Shown here piece by piece: positions 56,739 to 64,000 of a stretch of 64,000 nucleotides of DNA. Made by a program: the position numbers and the translations under genes. Location: positions 98,229-162,228 of the forward strand of contig JBDTWD010000001.1 of the NCBI GenBank assembly GCA_040006915.1. Direction: 5' to 3'. The first letter of the stretch is position 1. Each line of letters starts with the position of its first letter. Source of the stretch: Candidatus Woesebacteria bacterium. Its GTDB lineage: Bacteria; Patescibacteriota; Microgenomatia; UBA1400; UBA12028. Below the pieces are notes generated by a model that worked only from the letters and a program-made list of their open reading frames with translations, did not search any database and was not told the origin of the DNA.

Positions 56739-59366
56739 GTGCGAATATTCCATAGTCTCTTTCACAAGCGTCGACGGCAAGCCACGATGGTTAGTAATGG
56801 CCAGGTGCGTGCCCCATTGCATCACAACTTGCGTTTCCTTAAATTTGTCCGCATTGCATCCATTGCCTGCTTTGCCTGTACTGTGGTTGGAATTATTGGA
56901 TTTTTAATCACTGCAACAGTTATCTCTGCGACTCTTCCCAATCCTCAACAAGTGGTACGTCATGAAGGTTTTTCATCCAAAGTTATGGATCGTGATGGAA
57001 ATTTGCTTTACGACGTGTTTAACGACGAACGCATTGTTCCCGCCAAAGAAGAGGACATTCCCAAGTATCTACGTGAAGCTACAGTAGCGACTGAAGACAA
57101 GGACTTCTACAAACATGGAGGATATGATCCTATCGGTCCATTTCGCATCCTGTATAACGTGATCGTCAATCATCGTTTGATCGGTAGCTCTACTTTGACT
57201 CAACAATTGGTAAAAAATAAGTTATTGACCAATGAGCGAACGATTGTCCGTAAATTCAAAGAACTCCTGCTTTCGATGCAAATCGAACAAGCCTTTAGTA
57301 AAGATCAAATTTTAACGATGTATTTAAATGAAGCTCCGTATGGTGGAAATTCTCGAGGAGTTGGAGCAGCTGCAGAACAATACTTCGGGAAGTCAGTCAA
57401 GGATCTAACTTTGGTAGAGTCTGCGATTTTGGCGGGTCTTCCACAGTTGCCTTCGGTCTACTCACCCTTAACTGGAAAGAAAGATAGTAATGGGGTTGGA
57501 TATTGGGTTGGTCGTACGACCGGAGTTTTACGTCGTATGCGTGAAGATGGGTACATTACTGCTGATCAAGAAAAGTTCGCTTTGGATGAGATGAAAATTA
57601 AAACCTTCCAAAAGCCAGAAATTGCCATCAAAGCCCCTCATTTTGTCTTCTATGTGAAAGATTTGTTGGAGAAAGAATATGGAGACAAAGTGTTAGAGAC
57701 CGGTGGCTTAAAAGTGACGACGACTTTAGATTCACGAGTTCAAACCGATGCGCAAACTATTGTGAAAGAAGAAATAGATAAGGTGAAGAACTTGAAGATT
57801 ACGAATGGTAGTGCCATGGTTATGGATCCCAAAACTGGCGAGATTCTCGCTATGGTTGGAAGTAAGGACTATTTCTCTAAGGACATTGATGGTCAGTATA
57901 ACGTGGCTGTTGATGGATTACGTCAGCCTGGATCATCAATCAAGCCAGTAACGTATCTACTCGCATTGCGCAAAGGCTTTACGCCGTCATCTATGATCGT
58001 TGATGCGCCAACAACCTTCCCTGGTGGAACTGGACAGAAAGATTACGAGCCTAAAAACTACGATGGCAAGTTTAGAGGTCCAGTCCAACTTCGATTTGCA
58101 CTTGGCAGTTCTTTGAACATTCCCGCCGTTAAACTTCTCGCTAAAGTTGGAGTGAAAGATATGTTGGGATTAGCCTACGACATGGGTTTTGATACTCTGG
58201 AGCCAAGCGTGGTCAACCAAAGACGCTTTGGCTTGGCCGTTACTCTAGGAGGTGGAGAAGTGCATTTAATTAACACTGTGACTGCCTACAGTGCCTTCGC
58301 TAATGGAGGGCAAAAAGTTCAGCCGGTAGGAATTTTGAAAATTGAAGACAGTAGCGGAAAAGTACTGTTTGAATATAAACCAACCACTGGGAAACAAGTA
58401 ATGTCAGCGCAGGAAGCATTCTTGATGGATCATATGCTTTCGGATAACAATGCTCGCTTGCTTTCATTTGGAGCCAATACTCAATTAAATTATGGCCAAC
58501 GTGCAGTGGCTGTCAAAACTGGAACGACAAATAACCAAGTTGATAACTGGACGATTGGATGGACCCGTAATGCGATTATTGGGGTTTGGGTAGGAAATAA
58601 CGATAACAGTCCAATGAAGTCCGTGGCTTCAGGTTTAACTGGGGCCTCGCCGATTTGGAGACGATTGATGGATTCAACTATTGCGAAGGGATACAAAGAT
58701 GAAGCTTGGCCAATTCCGGAAGGAGTAGAAGCGAAACAAGTCGATACTGTATCAGGGTATCCTGAACATGATGGCTTCCCTTCACGGGCTGAATATACAA
58801 TTAATGGCACTCTACCGAACTTGCCAGATCCGATTCACACCAAGCTGAAGCTTTGCCGCGGGCAAAACAAATTAGCTTCGGAGGCAGATTTAGCCAAAAA
58901 CGAGTTCGATGAAAAAGAATTTATTACTTTAAAAGAAGATGATCCGGTGAGCACAGATGGAAAGAACCGTTGGCAGGAAGGGATAGATTCCTGGATAGGT
59001 GGTCAATCAGATACCCGCTATCACCCACCGACAGAGAACTGTGATAGTTCTAATGATATTTTTATTACCTTTGATCCTGGATTAGATCACCAGAACATCT
59101 CTGGAAATGAAGTAGAGTTGAATGTGAAAGTGGCTACCGACGGTGATATCGATCGAGTAGAGATAAACGTCAATGATGTAGTAAAAACAACTTTACGTGA
59201 TCGACCGTATAAAACCAAACTGGTATTGGATCCTGGTCAATACAAAATCTATGCCAGAGCCTATCGTAAAGATGGGAAAATCGGAACCACAGGAGATCAA
59301 CACATTGGTATGGGAGGAGTCGCTTGGGACGCATCAGCCTCCCCGAGTCCAAGCCCTACTCCGTAA
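56739..59366 (+). CDS. bifunctional penicillin-binding protein 1A family
   Basis: EDKDFYKHGG, STLTQQLVKN, RKFKE; SSIK, SLN, KTGT. Confidence 0.93.
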   Translation: MRIFHSLFHKRRRQATMVSNGQVRAPLHHNLRFLKFVRIASIACFACTVVGIIGFLITATVISATLPNPQQVVRHEGFSSKVMDRDGNLLYDVFNDERIVPAKEEDIPKYLREATVATEDKDFYKHGGYDPIGPFRILYNVIVNHRLIGSSTLTQQLVKNKLLTNERTIVRKFKELLLSMQIEQAFSKDQILTMYLNEAPYGGNSRGVGAAAEQYFGKSVKDLTLVESAILAGLPQLPSVYSPLTGKKDSNGVGYWVGRTTGVLRRMREDGYITADQEKFALDEMKIKTFQKPEIAIKAPHFVFYVKDLLEKEYGDKVLETGGLKVTTTLDSRVQTDAQTIVKEEIDKVKNLKITNGSAMVMDPKTGEILAMVGSKDYFSKDIDGQYNVAVDGLRQPGSSIKPVTYLLALRKGFTPSSMIVDAPTTFPGGTGQKDYEPKNYDGKFRGPVQLRFALGSSLNIPAVKLLAKVGVKDMLGLAYDMGFDTLEPSVVNQRRFGLAVTLGGGEVHLINTVTAYSAFANGGQKVQPVGILKIEDSSGKVLFEYKPTTGKQVMSAQEAFLMDHMLSDNNARLLSFGANTQLNYGQRAVAVKTGTTNNQVDNWTIGWTRNAIIGVWVGNNDNSPMKSVASGLTGASPIWRRLMDSTIAKGYKDEAWPIPEGVEAKQVDTVSGYPEHDGFPSRAEYTINGTLPNLPDPIHTKLKLCRGQNKLASEADLAKNEFDEKEFITLKEDDPVSTDGKNRWQEGIDSWIGGQSDTRYHPPTENCDSSNDIFITFDPGLDHQNISGNEVELNVKVATDGDIDRVEINVNDVVKTTLRDRPYKTKLVLDPGQYKIYARAYRKDGKIGTTGDQHIGMGGVAWDASASPSPSPTP

Positions 59367-59379
59367 ATTCGAAGGGACG

Positions 59380-59577
59380 TTACTCTTTTTTTGAAACACC
59401 TTGATTGGCAATATTATCTGCAGCCGTATCCAAATCTCTTTTCGCTTTGAAAAGATCTTCTTTGAGTTGGCCAAAGCCAAGCAGTTTCCCCTCTTTTTGT
59501 TTTTCCTGAATCGTAGCTTCTATCTCATCTACCCTCTGTTTTTTTGTACGAAATTCTTCAATAAGAGATTTATCCAT
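59380..59577 (-). CDS. small hypothetical protein
   Basis: 65-aa coiled-coil-like ORF. Confidence 0.45.
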   Translation of the reverse strand: MDKSLIEEFRTKKQRVDEIEATIQEKQKEGKLLGFGQLKEDLFKAKRDLDTAADNIANQGVSKKE

Positions 59578-59739
59578 AGAAAACCAGTTTATAGAGAAAT
59601 TGTTCAGACTGCAATATTGCGTTGGAAATTTACCTGTAAGGAAAGCGCTTATACGATTCTTCTTGATATACCACGGACTTTTCTCGAACTAAATCAAGGT
59701 GGTGTACAAAAGATCTAATAACTGATCAAATGGAAAAAA

Positions 59740-60093
59740 TTAGGCAGTAACGTGTTTGACAATGGCGGCGAAGGTTTTCTCATCCTTCAACGCAATGTCT
59801 GCCAAGACTTTGCGGTCCAAAAGCACGTTAGCTTTTTTGAGCTGGTCGATAAAGACACTATATCGTAGAGTTTCATCAATAGCTTTGAGTGCTGCGTTCA
59901 AACGAACGATCCAGAGTCTGCGGAAGTCTCGCTTACGGAGTCGTCGACCCGCGTACGCGTATTGACCAGCATGTAAATCTGCTTCAATAGCGACGTGAAT
60001 CAATCGATTCTTCGTCATGCGAAAGCCTTTGGTGCGAGCCAAGACTTTTTTGTGTGATTTGCGTCGAGCAAATCCGGTTTTTGTACGTGCCAT
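59740..60093 (-). CDS. rplT: 50S ribosomal protein L20
   Basis: RKRDFRRLWIVRLNA; LDRKVLAD. Confidence 0.95.
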   Translation of the reverse strand: MARTKTGFARRKSHKKVLARTKGFRMTKNRLIHVAIEADLHAGQYAYAGRRLRKRDFRRLWIVRLNAALKAIDETLRYSVFIDQLKKANVLLDRKVLADIALKDEKTFAAIVKHVTA

Positions 60094-60106
60094 ATATTCC
60101 TTCTAT

Positions 60107-60322
60107 TTATGCGAGTCCAAGCATTCGTCGAATTTTGCGAGCCATAGCTCCTTTGACTTCTACTGGTACTCGGTATTTACGAATTGCCTTTTTACTTTTA
60201 TTGGTACGCAAGTGTCGACTGTTTTGTCGGCGGCGCATGATCTTTCCTGTAGCCGTAACAGTAAATCGTTTGGCGACGATTTTACGAGTCTTGGTCTTTA
60301 AGTTTGGTTTCAGTTTTGGCAT
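60107..60322 (-). CDS. rpmI: 50S ribosomal protein L35
   Basis: KTKTRK..AKRF.VTATGK; between infC and rplT. Confidence 0.9.
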   Translation of the reverse strand: MPKLKPNLKTKTRKIVAKRFTVTATGKIMRRRQNSRHLRTNKSKKAIRKYRVPVEVKGAMARKIRRMLGLA

Positions 60323-60327
60323 AGAAT

Positions 60328-60873
60328 TTAGTTCTCCTCTGTTTCCTCAGTCTTTTTCTTCTTTACCGGGGAAAGTTGCATAAATGCATTTTTTCCGACC
60401 AGTCTTGGTCCCATCTCAACTTTACTAATATCATCCAGAAGATCGATGGCTTTGGTGAAGATTGCATCTCCAAAGTCTTTCTTCGTAATTTCTCGACCTT
60501 TGTATTTTACAACCAGTTTCACTTTATCGCCACCCTCCAAATATTCTCGGGCTTTTTTGACTCTCATGTCGAAATCGCCTTTGGCAATAAAGGGAGTAAA
60601 CCAGATTTCCTTTAGCTCTATGGTCTTGCTTCTTTTCTTGTCATCTTGTTGCTTCTGCTGCAACTGATACTTAAACTTGGCAAAATTGATAATCTTTGCA
60701 ACCGGAGGAACAGCGCTAGGAGCCACTTCCACAACGTCCAAATCAAGCTCATTTGCTTTTGCCAAAGCTTCTGCCTTGGTCATGACGCCTAATTGTTTTC
60801 CGAACTCGTCTAGAACTCGAAGGCTCGGCGCCTGGATGAATTGATTGATTTTGAAAAATACCTTTTTTGCCAT
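60328..60873 (-). CDS. infC: translation initiation factor IF-3
   Basis: INQFI..LRVLD..G.QLG; PPVAKI; KVK...KGRE. Confidence 0.93.
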   Translation of the reverse strand: MAKKVFFKINQFIQAPSLRVLDEFGKQLGVMTKAEALAKANELDLDVVEVAPSAVPPVAKIINFAKFKYQLQQKQQDDKKRSKTIELKEIWFTPFIAKGDFDMRVKKAREYLEGGDKVKLVVKYKGREITKKDFGDAIFTKAIDLLDDISKVEMGPRLVGKNAFMQLSPVKKKKTEETEEN

Positions 60874-61156
60874 TATGACGTAGTATAGCAAAACTCTCGA
60901 CTAAAATACAGGCCCAGAGATAGGTTACGAGGATATAGCCCATTGTCAGTTCCGCAGGTCCTACTTTATTCGACGTTCCTTGTAGGCTTGAAGATTTTGA
61001 AACTAAGACGATTAATGGTTCAATTCCCCGGCGAACCCAGAGCGGTGAGGTCGAAGAAAAGTAAACGATGGCCAAAAGATAGGGAATCATAAATACTCCC
61101 CAAACAATCATTTTGGCCTGGTTTACACGCAAATACGAGCGAAACCGCTTGATCAT
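60749..61156 (-). CDS. hypothetical membrane protein overlapping infC 5' end
   Basis: Two hydrophobic segments; TATACT before ATG. Confidence 0.35.
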   Translation of the reverse strand: MIKRFRSYLRVNQAKMIVWGVFMIPYLLAIVYFSSTSPLWVRRGIEPLIVLVSKSSSLQGTSNKVGPAELTMGYILVTYLWACILVESFAILRHNGKKGIFQNQSIHPGAEPSSSRRVRKTIRRHDQGRSFGKSK

Positions 61157-61172
61157 ATACCTTCAGTATACG

Positions 61173-62933
61173 CTACACTTCTCTTGATCTGGTATCGATC
61201 TTTTTCATCAGTTCTTTGGTAAACTCGCCGACCGTCCAAACTCCACGATTTTTGTTCCCTCGGGCTCGTACTGAGACTTGCTCCCCCTCCTCTTCCCGTT
61301 TGCCGACCACCAACATGTAGGGAATCTTTTCTCCTTCAGCTTTGCGAATCTTGTTTTGCATACTCTCTGCCTCATCCCAATTTTCCGCTCTGATACCATC
61401 TGCCTGTAAGGTAGCCACTACTTTGGCTGCGTAGGCAGCTTGATCCTGAGAGATGGGAATAACGACAGCTTGCACTGGCGAGAGCCAAAGTGGGAAAGCT
61501 CCAGCAAAATGCTCAATTAGAAAGGCCATGAAACGCTCATGAACAGAGAGTGGGGCTCGATGAATGACGAATACGTCGCCATTTTCTTTGCCTTTTTCAT
61601 CGGTGTAGTGTAATCCAAAGCGTTTTTTTGCCGCAAAATCGAGTTGGATGGTAGACATTGTTTCTTCTCGTCCGATGACCGATTTAAATTGCACATCTAC
61701 TTTTGGCCCATAAAAAGCGGCTTCGTCATCGACTTCGACAAACTTGACGCCAAGCTTTTCCAGCACTTCCCGTAAAACACTTTCTGAGAATTTCCAGTTT
61801 TCTGGCTCGTCGATGTATTTTTCGGTGTGTTTAGGATCCCACTTTGAGAGTCTAAACCAGTAGTCTTTCAAGCCAAAGATTTCAAAATATTCCATCGTGA
61901 GTTTTAAAACTCCGGTAAACTCGTCTTTGATCTGCTCTTTGGTACAGTACATGTGTGCATCATTCATGGTCATTCCACGAACGCGTAAAAGCCCTGCCAG
62001 AGTCCCAGAGAGCTCGTTACGATAACATGTGCCATACTCAGCTAGACGCAGTGGCAGTTCTTTGTAGCTTCGCGGACGAAACTGGAAAATACGATGATGA
62101 TGCGGACAGTTCATTGCCTTGAGATAGTACGTCCCATCATCCATGACCATCGGTGGATACATACTGTCTTTATAGTACGGAAGATGTCCAGACGTTAAAA
62201 ATAGTTCTTCCTTGGCAATGTGAGGAGTTGCAACTCGGAGATATCCAGCTGCAGCTTCTTTTTCTTTGGCAAGCTTTTCGACTTGATCACGCAAAATGGT
62301 TCCTTTAGGAAGCCACATGACAAGGCCTTTGCCGACCATATCATCAATAAAGAAGAGTTCGAGTTCTTTCCCGAGTTTTCGGTGATCTCGCTTTTTGGCT
62401 TCCTCAAGCTGTAACAAATGTGCCTCAAGTTCATCTTTGGTGGCAAAGGCAGTTCCGTAAATGCGCGTGAGCATGGGATTCTTTTCGTTCCCTCTCCAGT
62501 ACGCACCAGCGATTTTGAGCAACTTAAAGTGTTTTAACTCGCTGTTTGGATGTTGAACATGACCACCTCGACACAGATCCCAATACTCCCCAGATTTATA
62601 AAAGGTAAGTGTCTGTCCCTCTCCAGAGAACTCATCAATGAGTTCATGTTTATACTGGTTGTCCGGATATTCTTTTCTCGCCTCTTCTGGAGAAAGTTCG
62701 CTGCGTTCAAAACCTTTCCAGGATTTAGCTATTTCTTTCATCTTGGCTTCGATCGCTGGAAAGTCACTCTCAGAGATTGGTTTTGAAAATTCAAAATCAA
62801 AATAGAATCCATTTTCAATTGAGGGACCGATAGTACGTTTGGTATCAGGCCAAAGCTCCATAACGGCCGCAGCCAGCAGGTGCGCTGTACTGTGGCGAAG
62901 ATCATTTAAATATTCAGGTGATTGTTTGTTCAT
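61173..62933 (-). CDS. thrS: threonine--tRNA ligase
   Basis: HSTAHLLA, DLCRGGHV, RDHRKLG, MNCPHH, AFYGPK, IHRA. Confidence 0.97.
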   Translation of the reverse strand: MNKQSPEYLNDLRHSTAHLLAAAVMELWPDTKRTIGPSIENGFYFDFEFSKPISESDFPAIEAKMKEIAKSWKGFERSELSPEEARKEYPDNQYKHELIDEFSGEGQTLTFYKSGEYWDLCRGGHVQHPNSELKHFKLLKIAGAYWRGNEKNPMLTRIYGTAFATKDELEAHLLQLEEAKKRDHRKLGKELELFFIDDMVGKGLVMWLPKGTILRDQVEKLAKEKEAAAGYLRVATPHIAKEELFLTSGHLPYYKDSMYPPMVMDDGTYYLKAMNCPHHHRIFQFRPRSYKELPLRLAEYGTCYRNELSGTLAGLLRVRGMTMNDAHMYCTKEQIKDEFTGVLKLTMEYFEIFGLKDYWFRLSKWDPKHTEKYIDEPENWKFSESVLREVLEKLGVKFVEVDDEAAFYGPKVDVQFKSVIGREETMSTIQLDFAAKKRFGLHYTDEKGKENGDVFVIHRAPLSVHERFMAFLIEHFAGAFPLWLSPVQAVVIPISQDQAAYAAKVVATLQADGIRAENWDEAESMQNKIRKAEGEKIPYMLVVGKREEEGEQVSVRARGNKNRGVWTVGEFTKELMKKIDTRSREV

Positions 62934-62966
62934 ATTGTAATAATAATAAAGGATACGTGTACAAGT

Positions 62967-63233
62967 TTATTTTTCTGGGAGAGGTGTAGACATCAGTCTC
63001 GTTCTCTCCAAGGTAGTACTGATAGTAGTCAGTATAGAATCAACTCTGGGGCTAATAAAGCCGGCAATAATGACTGTTACCGTAAAGCCGACCAGTACTG
63101 TAGCTAAACTCTCTCCCAATCCAGATACAAAGCCAGCAAAAAATTGACGCCTGGCAATCTCTTTATAGCTGACTGCAAAAACACTGGGCGTTTCGGTATA
63201 TAGTTTATTTTCAACCTTTTTTGTCTTTTTCAT
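62967..63233 (-). CDS. small membrane protein (FFAG..GLG motif)
   Basis: FFAGFVSGLG; resembles 63387..63743. Confidence 0.55.
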   Translation of the reverse strand: MKKTKKVENKLYTETPSVFAVSYKEIARRQFFAGFVSGLGESLATVLVGFTVTVIIAGFISPRVDSILTTISTTLERTRLMSTPLPEK

Positions 63234-63235
63234 AC

Positions 63236-63377
63236 AAAAAAAACCACTCATATGTCTTTTGTTCCAAACGTTCCAACAAAAGATCTGGTGGTCTTATATC
63301 CTCCCGTTCTCAGGGATCAGAGTCTTGTTGCGCCGATTGGTGAAGTCGACCAAGAATATGTAACTGCGTGTAGTATA
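63236..63377 (-). ncRNA. candidate structured RNA / 5' leader (unassigned)
   Basis: TATACT box, several hairpins, then TCTTTTGTT/AACAAAAGA and ACCAC/GTGGT stem followed by U8. Confidence 0.3.
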
Positions 63378-63386
63378 TCACCTCTT

Positions 63387-63743
63387 TTATTGCTGTTGAA
63401 GCGATCGCTGTACTTGCTGAAGTAGTTCAGCCGGGATGGCTATCGTTCCCCCAGTTGTAGCAGCTTTTGATCCGGACTGCGGTACCATCAAATTTGTTGA
63501 GCTTGGAGCTCCTGTTCCTTGGATCTTTTCTAGGCTTTTCATAAGACCTTCTGCCTGAGTCAGCATACCGGAGATTTGAGGAAGAACAATGTTGACGACG
63601 AGAACGTATATGAGTACCCAAGAAATTAAAGTGACTACCAGTCCTCCTAATCCCTGCATCATGCCGGCAAAAAAATGCTTGATTGCCACTTCACCAAGCG
63701 GAGCATCGTACATAGACCGCGGACCTTTTGAAGTATCACTCAT
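63387..63743 (-). CDS. small membrane protein (FFAG..GLG motif)
   Basis: FFAGMMQGLG followed by a TM segment. Confidence 0.6.
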   Translation of the reverse strand: MSDTSKGPRSMYDAPLGEVAIKHFFAGMMQGLGGLVVTLISWVLIYVLVVNIVLPQISGMLTQAEGLMKSLEKIQGTGAPSSTNLMVPQSGSKAATTGGTIAIPAELLQQVQRSLQQQ

Positions 63744-63782
63744 GGTTTCTACTATGCGGGAAGATTTCTAAAGTATCAAGTG

Positions 63783-63856
63783 TGGGCCCGACAGGGCTCG
63801 AACCTGTGACCTTTACAATGTCAATGTAACGCTCTAGCCAACTGAGCTACGAGCCC
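63783..63856 (-). tRNA. tRNA-Val(GAC), no encoded CCA
   Basis: GGGCTCGTAGCTCAGTTGGCTAGAGCGTTACATT-GAC-ATTGTAAAGGTCACAGGTTCGAGCCCTGTCGGGCCCA. Confidence 0.95.
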
Positions 63857-64000
63857 ACGTGTGTGAAAGGAGATTATATCAGACTGATTCCTCTATAAGG
63901 AGAGCGATATTTGTTCACAGTACTTCGTATTAGATAGAGGGAGTTGGTTCTGTTGCCGCAGGATCCCAACTTTTTTGCGAATTACTCGACAATGGTTATC

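Noticed and set aside
580-63771. Numerous short antisense or overlapping ORFs in the supplied track
   Set aside because: They are shadows of well-supported genes, with no motifs or start signals.

Overview
64-kb window from a small-genome bacterium. Gene content, pervasive leaderless promoters and standard-code stops point to Patescibacteria/CPR, probably Microgenomates-like (inference). The right half is mostly housekeeping: zwf, gnd, a partial his operon ending in hisS, epmA-efp, PBP1A, thrS-infC-rpmI-rplT and tRNA-Val(GAC). The left ~26 kb is accessory. The most striking signal lies at ~2.9-12.1 kb: ten copies of a ~30-35 bp repeat (TAGGTTCkgACrTCCTCyA..cAAGCCyTGCAAA) plus three partial sites. 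They separate 0.4-1.4 kb single-gene or two-gene units (TA modules, methyltransferases, HNH, HExxH, TspO/cupin). Nine of ten copies sit at or just after a gene 3' end, and four supply the TAG stop. This looks like an integron-like cassette array with a non-attC site that resembles a tRNA T-arm; no recombinase is in the window. An ICE-like remnant follows (DUF2958 with a large hairpin, Fic-MerR, replication-relaxation protein, VirD4-like ATPase). Second highlight: a His-rich leader peptide with alternative hairpins and a terminator, i.e. a classical attenuator, ahead of a his operon lacking hisA/F/H. All protein calls come from motif recognition by eye, not database searches.
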